Source of the DNA: a virus
Length of the DNA stretch: 42,020 bases
Reading direction: 5' to 3' (one strand)
Virus record (IMG/VR): IMGVR_UViG_3300036852_000372
Span: 1-42,020 of that record
Made by a program: the position numbers and the translations under genes. Position 1 is the first letter of the stretch; each line of letters begins with the position of its first letter. A model generated the notes under the pieces. It made no database searches, was not told the origin of the DNA, and was given only the letters and a program-made list of their open reading frames with translations. Below, piece by piece: positions 21,460-30,573 of this stretch.

Positions 21460-21467
21460 TCTACCTC

Positions 21468-21779
21468 CTAGTTGGATTTTCCCTTTTGCTCAGCATACAC
21501 AGTTTCAAGGAAGCCCTTGTCGCCTGTGAGCTGTGAAATTGCCTTCTGCAAAATGGGAACGGTTGCAGAAGGCGGTGCGTTTCCGGTCATGACGGCAATG
21601 GCCCCATCAGTTCGGAACATAACAAGAAACCCGCCCACGATGTTCGGATCCAATTGCTGTGTCTGCTCCAGCAACATGGGAACTGCGGGGGCGGCAATTG
21701 CGAAGATGGACTCAGAAAGCTTGCGCTCCTCTTCCGTCATTTCTTCGTCTTCTCTTTCAATTATCTTTTCAATTTCCAC
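21468..21779 (-). CDS. Hypothetical protein with an acidic N-terminus (103 aa)
   Basis: GTG start with AAGGA 8 nt upstream. The N-terminus is EIEKIIEREDEEMTEEERK. Confidence 0.6.
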   Translation of the reverse strand: MEIEKIIEREDEEMTEEERKLSESIFAIAAPAVPMLLEQTQQLDPNIVGGFLVMFRTDGAIAVMTGNAPPSATVPILQKAISQLTGDKGFLETVYAEQKGKSN

Positions 21780-22065
21780 GTGGGGGTTCCTTCTTTAGGG
21801 TTTCCACTTTCGCGGTCACCCTGTCAATGAATTGAGTGTTTTCTTTCAGACTTTGTGTGAGCCGAAGTAGGGTTTTCTCATCGCCGCCAGTTCGCACTAT
21901 GTCAGTAAGTGCTACGAGGACGATTACGTCATTGGCTATCAGCTGAACTCCAATTTCAATTTGAAGCGCAGCTAGCTTTTCAGCTAGTGTGATCAATTTG
22001 TGTTGCCTCTGTTTAAGGGGACGATGGTAATGTCGCCCAAGGCACCAGTAAAGATAGTTTCGCAT
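21769..22065 (-). CDS. Hypothetical protein (98 aa, or 75 aa from TTG 21996)
   Basis: ATG 22065 has a weak RBS. The alternative TTG 21996 overlaps the upstream TGA and has AGAGG 9 nt upstream. Confidence 0.5.
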   Translation of the reverse strand: MRNYLYWCLGRHYHRPLKQRQHKLITLAEKLAALQIEIGVQLIANDVIVLVALTDIVRTGGDEKTLLRLTQSLKENTQFIDRVTAKVETLKKEPPRGN

Positions 22066-22256
22066 GCTTTCCGCCAGCGGTTTTGGACTTCTTCTTTCCA
22101 GGCGTTGAAATCAGCCTGGTCGTTGATCAGCTTGACAGCGATCGTGGCCAGCAATCTAGCATTGCGGCTCTTGTAATCTTCTGCGCTGGGGTGCCAGATG
22201 CAAGCGTAGTCGCTCCCATCTGTCAAGAAAGTTAGGTCGCCTATTGCTTTTTCCAT
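21993..22256 (-). CDS. Hypothetical protein (87 aa), first gene of the leftward small-gene block
   Basis: ATG 22256 (MEKAIGDLTF...) with AGGAG 8 nt upstream. The track start at 22352 was trimmed. Confidence 0.6.
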   Translation of the reverse strand: MEKAIGDLTFLTDGSDYACIWHPSAEDYKSRNARLLATIAVKLINDQADFNAWKEEVQNRWRKACETIFTGALGDITIVPLNRGNTN

Positions 22257-22346
22257 ACACCATACTCCTAGTAAGCCATGCCCTACGCACACAGTATAGT
22301 AGTGGAACACTTGCGGAGCCAGTGCCGAGTGTGGTACACTCGCCTG

Positions 22347-22718
22347 ATGCAAGAACTCATCCCCAAAGAGCCAGATTTCAGCGACCGAGTCCTTGAATAC
22401 TCAGACCAATTGGACGATTTTCTGTCCGATCAGGCCAAAGTCGCGAAAAATATCAACCGAGTACCGCGAAATGGCAGCCCGCGTGACCGATATATGCAGG
22501 CGCTTGCAGAAGCGTTTGAAATTGTCGGTGGCGTGCCTCGTCTCGCCCTCTGGGCAGACAAGAATTACGGCGAATTTGCTAAAATTCTTGGAAAACAGGT
22601 GCCGGGTCTTGTTCAGAACGCCTTCGCTATCAAGGCAAGCGGAAATGTCACCATTGTTTCTGCGATCCCTGCGTCATTTCTGGATGACGAACAGCCGAAA
22701 GCTTTAGAAAATGAGTGA
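22347..22718 (+). CDS. terS: Putative terminase small subunit
   Basis: It sits immediately upstream of, and overlaps, the large terminase. It is about 120 aa. The start is taken at ATG 22347 to leave a divergent promoter region; ATG 22278 is also possible. Confidence 0.5.
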   Translation: MQELIPKEPDFSDRVLEYSDQLDDFLSDQAKVAKNINRVPRNGSPRDRYMQALAEAFEIVGGVPRLALWADKNYGEFAKILGKQVPGLVQNAFAIKASGNVTIVSAIPASFLDDEQPKALENE

Positions 22719-24078
22719 TGAGAATGAAATTCGGGTAGAATATGAGCCACGAAAACAATTTCTGCCTTTTCATCTGCGAAAAACACGATTCGCATGTCTT
22801 GTTGCACACCGCCGAGCAGGAAAGACAGTTGCGTGTGTTAACGAACTTGTGGCACGAGCTATATACTCTAAGAAAAAGCGCCCCAGATACGCATACATTG
22901 GTCCTCTTCTCAAACAGGCGAAGAAAATCGCCTGGGAATACCTGAAGGAGTACACTCGTGGACTCGAATCCAAGAAACCCTCAGAATCTGAGCTCACAGT
23001 GCGATTGCGCCACAACGAAAGCGAAATCTGCATCTACGGAGCAGATAACCCTGACGCTTTCCGTGGTCAGTATTTTGACGGGGTTGTCCTCGACGAGTAC
23101 GGCGACATGTCTCCGTCCGTTTGGTCAAAAGTTCTCCTGCCCACTCTAGCAGATCGCAAAGGATGGGCCGTTTTCATCGGCACATTTAAGGGAAGGAACC
23201 ATTTCTACAAGATCTGGCGCAACGCTCAGGGTTTTGATCTTCCGGAGAACATGAACTCTTCTGAGTTCACGAAAGACTGGTATCATTTCACGTTAAAGGC
23301 CTCCGAATCTGGTATTCTGCCTGAATCGGAACTCGCTCTGCAGAAAATGCAGATGGACGAGGAAGAATATCAACAGGAATACGAGTGTAACCCGAATGCA
23401 GTCGTCAAAGGCACCTACTTCTCCAAGATCATCGCTAAACTTGAGCAAAATGGGCAAATCTACGCAGATGTGGACTGGGAACCAGATCAGCCAGTTGAAG
23501 TTGCGGCAGATCTCGGGTACACAGACTCATCTGCGTACTGGTTCTTTCAGAAGAGGCCGGGTGGTCTAGCGATCATTGATTACTTAGAGGCTCACAGTAA
23601 GCCCCTTGATTATTACTTCGATGAACTCAGGTCTCGTGGATATACGTACAATACGATCTGGCTTCCGCATGACGCTCGGGCTAAGTCGTTGCAAACTGGA
23701 CGATCCACTGTTGAGCAATTCCTGTACAATCAGTTCCCGGTGCAAATTGCTCCGCACATGGGAATTCAGGACGGTATTGAAGCTTGCCGTCTCATGCTTC
23801 CACTCTGCCACTTTAATGTGAGAACTGAATATGGCGTGGAAGCTCTCAGAGCATACAAAAGATCTTGGGATGAGGACAGAAAGGTATTTTCTGACACTCC
23901 TTACCATGACTGGTCTTCGCATGGCGCGGATGCTTTCAGATATCTCGCTCTGGTCGCTAAAGAGATTAGAGTTGATAGCGAAAAGCCGACAAGAGTGATC
24001 CCAGTCCCCAAAATTCAACTTGAGCCGTTATTTCTCGACAGGGAGAGACGTCTTAGGACTACTCGGAGCCGTATATGA
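22711..24078 (+). CDS. terL: Terminase large subunit
   Basis: Walker A is AHRRAGKT and Walker B is VVLDEYGDM. The RNaseH-like nuclease residues are AADLGYTDSSAYW and HGADAFRYLA. Confidence 0.9.
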   Translation: MSDENEIRVEYEPRKQFLPFHLRKTRFACLVAHRRAGKTVACVNELVARAIYSKKKRPRYAYIGPLLKQAKKIAWEYLKEYTRGLESKKPSESELTVRLRHNESEICIYGADNPDAFRGQYFDGVVLDEYGDMSPSVWSKVLLPTLADRKGWAVFIGTFKGRNHFYKIWRNAQGFDLPENMNSSEFTKDWYHFTLKASESGILPESELALQKMQMDEEEYQQEYECNPNAVVKGTYFSKIIAKLEQNGQIYADVDWEPDQPVEVAADLGYTDSSAYWFFQKRPGGLAIIDYLEAHSKPLDYYFDELRSRGYTYNTIWLPHDARAKSLQTGRSTVEQFLYNQFPVQIAPHMGIQDGIEACRLMLPLCHFNVRTEYGVEALRAYKRSWDEDRKVFSDTPYHDWSSHGADAFRYLALVAKEIRVDSEKPTRVIPVPKIQLEPLFLDRERRLRTTRSRI

Positions 24079-26174
24079 AAGAGAAAGATGAGAAAAAGGA
24101 AACCAGTGCTGACCTCTATAAGCATTGGGTCAAGGAATTCAGTGCGGCCAAGAAAAGTGTGTCTAAGTGGCACAAAGAGGGCGAAAAGACTGTCCAGAAA
24201 TTTCTGGACGACCGCCGTGGGGATCTCAACGATTTTTCTGAAAATACAACGAGGTTAAACCTCTACCATGCAAACATCACTACTCTTATGTCCATGTTGT
24301 ATGGACGAATACCGAAAGTGGAAGTTGATCGACGATTCGCCGACGCAGACGATGATCCAGCTCGCGTCGCCGGGGAAATTTTGTCACGGATGCTTAACAC
24401 AGATATCGAAGAAGCCGGAGAGGACATCGCCTCCGTCTTCCGCAACTGCCTGCAAGATAGACTCATCCCAGGTCTCGGAAACGCTCGGGTAAAGTACGAA
24501 TTTGAGGAAAAAGACGGACAAATTCACAACGAGTGGGTGGACATCGTCTACACCTATTGGAAAGATACCCTCTGGTCTCCGGCGCGCACGTACTCAGAAC
24601 TTCGTTGGAAAGCGTTCCGCTCATATCTCACCAAGGAGCAGGTGAAGGATCGATTCCCGAAATGCGACATCAACAAGGTTTCCTTCACGTCGAAAGGTCC
24701 AATGGCAAAGGGCCGGTACGACAAAGAGGATGAGACGAACCCACAGGCCGAAATTTGGGAAATCTGGAACAAAACCACTCGGCAGGTCATGTACTGGACC
24801 GAGGGCTACGAAAACATGCTCGAAGTCGTAGAAGATCCGCTGGAGCTCGAAGGGTTCTGGCCTGATCCGCCGCCTCTGATCGCGAATCTCACCACGACGC
24901 GCTACATGCCTCGCAGTGACTACGCCATTGCTCAGGACCTCTACACTGAGATTGACGAGCTAGAGACTCGCATCACCATGCTCACGCGAGCCTGCAAGGT
25001 CATCGGCTTGTATGACAAGAAGCAGGAAGGCCTCCAGCGTATGTTCACGGAAGGAGTGGAGAACGATCTCATCCCAGTGGACAACTGGGCGATGTTCGCC
25101 GAGAAGAACGGTCTGGTAGGTGTGGTTCAGTGGTTGCCTCTGGCAGATATCGTCAACGCAGTGGACACACTCACCCAGAAACAGAGTGAGAAGATCCAGA
25201 AGCTGTACCAGATCACGGGCATGAATGACGTGATGCGCGGCGCAGCGACGCAGGCATCGGCCCGTATTTCTGCGACTCAGCGCCAGCTGGAGGCGAACTA
25301 CGGATCGATTCGTATCGAAGCTCTACAGAACGAGTTTGCTCGCTGGGTGTCGGATATTCAAGCCCTGAAGGCTGAGATTATCGCCAAGCACTTCCAGCCG
25401 TACTGCATCATCCAGCAGTCCAATATCACGATGACTCCGGATGCTCAGTTCGCTGAGGCTGCGATCAAACTTATCAAGGCCCCCGGCGCGAGCCGCTGGC
25501 GGATTTCGGTCCGGCCGGAGACTCTCGCCATCGCTGACTACGCTCAGCTCAAGCAGGAGCGTACTGAGTATATCATGGGCATGTCTCAGTTCTTACAGTC
25601 CTCGGCACCCATTGCGGAACAGATGCCCGAGTCTGTGCCGTTCCTCATGAAGATGCTCAAGTGGGGCATGGCTGGATTCCGTGGCAGTAGCGAGATCGAA
25701 GGGGTCATGGACCAAGAAATCGCTAAGATGGAGAAGATGCCTCCGAAGCCGAAGACGGATCCGGCTCAGGCCAAGGCGCAGGCTGAATCTCAGAAACTGC
25801 AGATGGAAATGCAGATGCGGCAACAGGAAATGCAGGCAGAAATGCAGCGCGACCAACAGAAGCATCAGTTGGAAATGCAGCAGATGCACGCTAAGTTCCA
25901 ACTTGAAATGAGGCAGCAGACCCAAGAAATGCGGATGGAGATGCAGAAACTGCTAATGACTCTTGACTTCAAGAGACAAGAACTCGGGCTGAAGATTCAA
26001 GAGAAACAGGTAGAAGCAGAAGCGAATGAACAGGAACAGGCGGCTCAGTTCGCCTACAACACAGCGGAGAGGCAACATGAGGCGCAGGTATCGGCAGAAT
26101 CCGGAGACCTTGAACTTCGAAGAGATAAAGAACGAGCCAAGCTCAAGGACACAAAGCCATCTGGTAATGCCTGA
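24075..26174 (+). CDS. Portal protein with a Gln/Met/Glu-rich C-terminal extension
   Basis: 699 aa, directly after terL with an ATGA overlap. The C-terminal about 145 aa are coiled-coil-like, with EMQ repeats. Confidence 0.8.
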   Translation: MKEKDEKKETSADLYKHWVKEFSAAKKSVSKWHKEGEKTVQKFLDDRRGDLNDFSENTTRLNLYHANITTLMSMLYGRIPKVEVDRRFADADDDPARVAGEILSRMLNTDIEEAGEDIASVFRNCLQDRLIPGLGNARVKYEFEEKDGQIHNEWVDIVYTYWKDTLWSPARTYSELRWKAFRSYLTKEQVKDRFPKCDINKVSFTSKGPMAKGRYDKEDETNPQAEIWEIWNKTTRQVMYWTEGYENMLEVVEDPLELEGFWPDPPPLIANLTTTRYMPRSDYAIAQDLYTEIDELETRITMLTRACKVIGLYDKKQEGLQRMFTEGVENDLIPVDNWAMFAEKNGLVGVVQWLPLADIVNAVDTLTQKQSEKIQKLYQITGMNDVMRGAATQASARISATQRQLEANYGSIRIEALQNEFARWVSDIQALKAEIIAKHFQPYCIIQQSNITMTPDAQFAEAAIKLIKAPGASRWRISVRPETLAIADYAQLKQERTEYIMGMSQFLQSSAPIAEQMPESVPFLMKMLKWGMAGFRGSSEIEGVMDQEIAKMEKMPPKPKTDPAQAKAQAESQKLQMEMQMRQQEMQAEMQRDQQKHQLEMQQMHAKFQLEMRQQTQEMRMEMQKLLMTLDFKRQELGLKIQEKQVEAEANEQEQAAQFAYNTAERQHEAQVSAESGDLELRRDKERAKLKDTKPSGNA

Positions 26175-26397
26175 CATTCCGGAGTTTGTATCCCCTGTTG
26201 ATGGCTCAGTCATCACAGGGCGTGCGGCGCTGCGTGAACACAACAAACGTCACAATGTGACGAATGTCGCTGACTTCACGAATCAGTGGGCGAATCAGGC
26301 AAAGGAACGGGAAAGAATGTATTCCGGCGACAAGGGCTTTGATGCCAAGCGCCGGAAAGATGCGATTATTCGGGCAGTCAACAAACACTGGAGATGA
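26167..26397 (+). CDS. Small head-module protein (76 aa)
   Basis: ATG 26167 overlaps the portal stop. Sequence MPDIPEFVSPVDGSVITGRAALREHNKRHNV.... Confidence 0.6.
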   Translation: MPDIPEFVSPVDGSVITGRAALREHNKRHNVTNVADFTNQWANQAKERERMYSGDKGFDAKRRKDAIIRAVNKHWR

Positions 26398-27527
26398 AAA
26401 TGGATCGCCGACAAGCATTAGAAGAAGCCTTCGACAAACTGGAGTCGGATGACGATGATGTCGTCACAACGGAGGTTCCTGCAAATGAGACTCACGAAGA
26501 AGGAACTCAAGGCGTTGAGGGAGAAGGGAAATCGGAACCGGGTGCAGAAGCGCCTCAAGGCGTGGAGGCAGGAAAGAGCGGAAAGAAAGAGGAAAAAGTT
26601 CCATCCGCTGAACCCGCTGCAGATGGAAAGAAAGGCGCTCAAAAGACTGAGAAAACGGATGATGCTCTTAACCGAGCTGCGCAGGCTGCTGCGGGAAATC
26701 AGCCCGAGGTCGGAAAAGCCCCTGTGTCTTGGAAACCCGCCGCGAAAGCCGCTTGGGACAAGCTTCCGGTGGACGTGAGACAGGATGTTCTGCGCCGGGA
26801 ACAAGAAATTAATAAGTACATCTCCCAGAATGACCATCACCGTAAATTCACTGAAGGGTTTGGGAATGTCGTGCGACCCTTTATGCCACTGATACAGGCT
26901 CAGGGATCCACACCGCTTCAGGCCGTACGGAACATGATGGTCACAGCGGCGGGGCTTACGACCGGTTCGGAAGAGCAGAAAGCTCGTATTGTCGCTGAAA
27001 TCATCGGCAACTACAAGGTGAGCGTCGAAGTTCTGGATAAGATTCTGTCTGATGGTGGGGTTCCTGCCAGTCGTGGGAACGCGTCAATCGATCCTACTAT
27101 CATGCAGGCACTTCAGCCAGTCTACGGCTTTATGAATGAAGTTCAGCAGGCCCGTGAGGCCAAAAGACAGAGACAGGTCGCTGAGGCAGAGTCGCTCATT
27201 GAACAGAACGCGGACAAGCCGTTCTTTGATGATCTGTCAGACGATATGGCGGATATCATGGAAATTGCTGCGAAGCGTGGACAGGAACTTACTCTCGATC
27301 AGGCATATGAAAAAGCACTTGCCCTCAACCCGGAAATTTCGAAGATCGTCGCCCAGCAGAAGGCTGCTGAAGAAGCCCGCGCAAATGGAGGCACCCGTCT
27401 TGCGAAAGCCAGACGAGCTTCTTCAACTCTTACTGGAGCCCCTTCAGGATCCCCGGACGGAAAGGGCAAAGCAACGACTCGGCGCGAGGCATTAGAGGCT
27501 GCGTGGGATGAACACGCGACGCATTAA
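26394..27527 (+). CDS. Scaffolding protein
   Basis: It lies between the portal and capsid genes. It has an acidic/Lys-rich low-complexity N-half and a helical C-half. The start is ATG 26394 or 26400. Confidence 0.7.
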   Translation: MKMDRRQALEEAFDKLESDDDDVVTTEVPANETHEEGTQGVEGEGKSEPGAEAPQGVEAGKSGKKEEKVPSAEPAADGKKGAQKTEKTDDALNRAAQAAAGNQPEVGKAPVSWKPAAKAAWDKLPVDVRQDVLRREQEINKYISQNDHHRKFTEGFGNVVRPFMPLIQAQGSTPLQAVRNMMVTAAGLTTGSEEQKARIVAEIIGNYKVSVEVLDKILSDGGVPASRGNASIDPTIMQALQPVYGFMNEVQQAREAKRQRQVAEAESLIEQNADKPFFDDLSDDMADIMEIAAKRGQELTLDQAYEKALALNPEISKIVAQQKAAEEARANGGTRLAKARRASSTLTGAPSGSPDGKGKATTRREALEAAWDEHATH

Positions 27528-27531
27528 GGGC

Positions 27532-27560
27532 TTGCATTTCGCAAAAACTTGGTGTAGGAT
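27532..27560 (+). promoter_or_regulatory. Sigma70-like promoter candidate TTGCAT-N17-TAGGAT upstream of the capsid gene
   Basis: Read in the 146-nt gap before the capsid gene. It has the same TTGC-type -35 as the two other candidates. Confidence 0.35.
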
Positions 27561-27673
27561 CGCTCCTTGCAAGCTGAAGACTAGGATTGCCCATCCGGCC
27601 ACGGAAGTGATCCCCAAGTTGGCGGCGATAGTGTGACAAAACTTCGTTCAATAACTTTAGGAGGATAATTTCC

Positions 27674-28636
27674 GTGGCATTTCCAAATGTCTCAGACTTG
27701 GTCGCAACCACAATTGAATCGCGTAGCGGTGAAATTGCGGACAACGTGACCAAGAACAACGCGCTGCTCAGCAAGCTGAAGCAGCGTGGAAACATTCGGA
27801 CGTTCTCGGGCGGAACCCTGATTTTTGAGGAGCTCAGCTTCGCAGAAAACGGTAACGCCGGGTACTATTCCGGATACGATCTCCTGCCCGTCGCGGCGCA
27901 GGACGTACTGAGCGCTGCTCAGTATGCAATCAAACAGGCGGCGGTTCCCGTCGTCATGTCCGGCCTGGAGATGCTCCAGAACGCCGGAAAAGAGAAGATC
28001 ATCGATCTGATGGACGGCCGCATGGCCGTCGCCGAAGCTTCTCTCGCCAACCTGCTTGCCTCGGGTATCTACTCGGACGGCACGGGCTCTGGTGGCAAGG
28101 AAATCACCGGCCTCAACGCTGCGGTCCCGGTCAATCCGGCGACTGGAACGTATGGTGGTATCGATCGTGCGACGTGGACCTTCTGGGCCTCGAAGATCAA
28201 CAATACCTCGGGCATCGTGGCTTCCACGATCCAAGGTGCATTGAACACTCTTTGGGCGCAGCTCATCCGCGGCAGCGATCGTCCGGACTTCCTGGTCTCG
28301 GACAATACGGTCTGGGCTCTTTACATGGCGTCTCTCCAGGCGCAGCAGCGTTTCGTGGATGTGAGCACTGGAAACCTCGGTTTCCCGAGCATCAAGTACA
28401 TGGACGCGGACTACATCCTGGACGGCGGCATCGGTGGCTTCTGCCCAGCAGGAACTCTGTTCATGCTGAACACGAAGTACATCTTCTGGCGCCCGCACCG
28501 CGATCGCAACATGGTCCCACTCAGCCCGAACAAGCGTTACGCGGTCAATCAGGACGCGGAAGTGCAGATTCTCGGCTGGGCTGGGAACCTCACCACGTCG
28601 GGCGCCCAGTTCCAGGGCCGCTTTGACAACAACTAA
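27674..28636 (+). CDS. Major capsid protein (HK97-fold expected)
   Basis: GTG start with AGGAGG 9 nt upstream. It is 320 aa and follows the scaffold gene. The GTYGGIDRATWTFW type motif is common in podovirus capsid proteins. Confidence 0.8.
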   Translation: MAFPNVSDLVATTIESRSGEIADNVTKNNALLSKLKQRGNIRTFSGGTLIFEELSFAENGNAGYYSGYDLLPVAAQDVLSAAQYAIKQAAVPVVMSGLEMLQNAGKEKIIDLMDGRMAVAEASLANLLASGIYSDGTGSGGKEITGLNAAVPVNPATGTYGGIDRATWTFWASKINNTSGIVASTIQGALNTLWAQLIRGSDRPDFLVSDNTVWALYMASLQAQQRFVDVSTGNLGFPSIKYMDADYILDGGIGGFCPAGTLFMLNTKYIFWRPHRDRNMVPLSPNKRYAVNQDAEVQILGWAGNLTTSGAQFQGRFDNN

Positions 28637-28648
28637 GGAGTAGCGAAA

Positions 28649-29218
28649 ATGGTATCTCTCGCAATGGCTACTCCTGTCATCGGCGCCAACGTGAACAACG
28701 TGGACACCGGCACGACCACCAATGGTGAAAATGCCAAGTTCCAGTTGGGCACAAAGATCCAGGGGCCGGATGGCAACGAGTACATGTACGTTCAGGCAGC
28801 GGAAGCGATCACGACTGCGATCACGAGTCCCAATGCCGTAGCGATTGACGAGGACTTCCAGGCGTCTCTCATGACGACTGCGCTTGCCCTCAACAACTAC
28901 GAGCTGGGTTTCGCTCCGATTGGGTCGGGTATTGCGCTCATTCCGGACAACGCGTTCTTCTGGGCGCGTGTGAATGGTGCAACGTTCAATGCGCGAGTCG
29001 CAGCTTCGGCTGCGGCAGACACGTATCTGCGAACGACCATCACTGCCGGTCGTCTCGGTACGGCCTCCACGGCTTCCGCTGTGGTGTTCTACGGTGTCGT
29101 GATCGTCGCGGCGGCTTCTGCCTCCACGTCGGCCAACAACACCATCCGAGAAGTGCTGATGACCAAGGGCCGCGCGATCCGTCAGGGTCAGCCGGTCGCT
29201 GCTGGCTTCGTCAACTAA
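28649..29218 (+). CDS. Putative capsid decoration/cement protein
   Basis: AAGGAG RBS. It is 189 aa, lies immediately after the capsid gene, and is followed by a strong terminator. It is Ala/Ser/Thr-rich. The function is inferred from position. Confidence 0.5.
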   Translation: MVSLAMATPVIGANVNNVDTGTTTNGENAKFQLGTKIQGPDGNEYMYVQAAEAITTAITSPNAVAIDEDFQASLMTTALALNNYELGFAPIGSGIALIPDNAFFWARVNGATFNARVAASAAADTYLRTTITAGRLGTASTASAVVFYGVVIVAAASASTSANNTIREVLMTKGRAIRQGQPVAAGFVN

Positions 29219-29243
29219 TGGTTGGCGAGTCACAAGAGAAGGT

Positions 29244-29277
29244 GGAGGGGCTCCAAACCGGAGCCCCTCCTTTGGGG
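29244..29277 (+). terminator. Rho-independent terminator after the capsid/decoration genes
   Basis: Perfect 11-bp stem GGAGGGGCTCC/GGAGCCCCTCC followed by TTTGGGG. Confidence 0.7.
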
Positions 29278-29292
29278 CTCCTCCAACTGGAG

Positions 29293-30573
29293 ATGAAGGT
29301 AAATGTCAGCGACGGACAGTTGCTGAAAAACCTCAACTACGTTAAGGAGCTTGGCGTCCCAGCGATTCAGCTGATGGAGCCAAACAAGAAAACTCTCGCA
29401 ATCTGCGGAAGTGGCCCGTCATTACGAAATACGTGCAACATCATTCCTAATGATGCAGATATCATGGCTCTTAACGGGGCTTATCGTTTTCTGCGTAAGA
29501 AGGGAAAGACTCCGACGTATTTCGCAATGCTGGACTCTCGTGAAGTCAACGTAAATCTTCTGGAAGAGCTGAATACCGAAACGACTTATCTGCTGGCCTC
29601 ACAGTGCCACCCGAAAGTCTTTGATCGTCTTTGCTCAAATGAGTTTGTGGTGGGAACTTTTCACCTCGGTACCCCCACTACGAGGTCCGTATTCCCAGAC
29701 CAGGACCTCTATGTTGGCGGTGGGGGCACGATAGGCCTTACTGCTATCGCTTTGGCGGTGGCTCTGGGCTATCGGTCTGTGATCCTGTACGGCATGGACT
29801 CATCCTTCGATGGTGACAAGAAACATGTGATTCACCAGCCGCAGAATGATGGTGAAGAGATTATCCCCGTGTGGGTAGATGATCGTAAATACATGACCAG
29901 CATGGCGATGGCTGATCAAGTCATGCAGTTCTTCCCTTTCCACAAGGCTTTGAGGGAGGCGTACCCAGATGTCACGATTGATATCATTGGTGATGGCCTC
30001 TTTTATGATTTTGTTGTCACCAACAATAATCCAAGCTCCCGAGATCGTGAACTCGCCAAGTACGTGGATGCTTACAAAGAAGACAACTACGGGATGTCTC
30101 TTGAGAGAGCAAAAGGTCTGGCGGCGCTGTTATCTCGTATTCCATTCAACGGGTCGTATCTGGACGTCTCATGCGGCCGTGCAGAGAGTCTGAATCTCGC
30201 CCGTCAACTCGGTTTCGGCACCGTGCAGGGAACGGAGACAGTGGAAGCACTGTGTGGACCCAACGTGGTTCATGCGGTGCTCCCTACTATTCCTTTCGCG
30301 GATAAGTCGTTTGACACCGTGTCTTTAATCGAGGTCATCGAGCACTTAGTTCCTGATGACATTGTTCCGACGCTCAATGAACTGACACGTCTGGCGCGTC
30401 ACCACATTCTCATTTCCGCGGCCATCTACGAACATTGGATCGCTGGTGTCAACTTGCATCCGTCGGCCATGCCGGTGGAAAAGTGGGAAGAAATCTTCAA
30501 GTCTGTCTGGGGCGATAACGTCTATCGTGTCGGTAGCCTTGGGAGCTCGCCATGCTGGCGCGTGGACTTATAA
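29293..30573 (+). CDS. Fusion protein: MptE/Maf-like (PF01973, ex-DUF115) domain plus class I SAM-dependent methyltransferase
   Basis: The N-half carries LAICGSGPSL, ADIMALNGAY, PTYFAMLDSRE and GGGGTIGLTAIALAVALGYRSVILYGMDSSF. The C-half carries YLDVSCGRAESL (motif I) and FDTVSLIEVIEHL. The start is taken after the terminator. Confidence 0.7.
   Translation: MKVNVSDGQLLKNLNYVKELGVPAIQLMEPNKKTLAICGSGPSLRNTCNIIPNDADIMALNGAYRFLRKKGKTPTYFAMLDSREVNVNLLEELNTETTYLLASQCHPKVFDRLCSNEFVVGTFHLGTPTTRSVFPDQDLYVGGGGTIGLTAIALAVALGYRSVILYGMDSSFDGDKKHVIHQPQNDGEEIIPVWVDDRKYMTSMAMADQVMQFFPFHKALREAYPDVTIDIIGDGLFYDFVVTNNNPSSRDRELAKYVDAYKEDNYGMSLERAKGLAALLSRIPFNGSYLDVSCGRAESLNLARQLGFGTVQGTETVEALCGPNVVHAVLPTIPFADKSFDTVSLIEVIEHLVPDDIVPTLNELTRLARHHILISAAIYEHWIAGVNLHPSAMPVEKWEEIFKSVWGDNVYRVGSLGSSPCWRVDL

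Noticed and set aside
22278-22346. N-terminal extension of the small terminase ORF (MPYAHSIVVEHLRSQCRVWYTRL)
   Set aside because: It would leave no room for divergent promoters and would start 22 nt from the opposite gene's ATG. I kept it as an alternative start only.
27692-29233. 513-aa minus-strand ORF, the longest antisense ORF in the window
   Set aside because: It lies exactly antisense to the capsid and decoration genes. Its product is Arg/Asp/His/Val-rich low-complexity sequence with no RBS context. Long open antisense frames are expected in GC-rich, codon-biased coding DNA.
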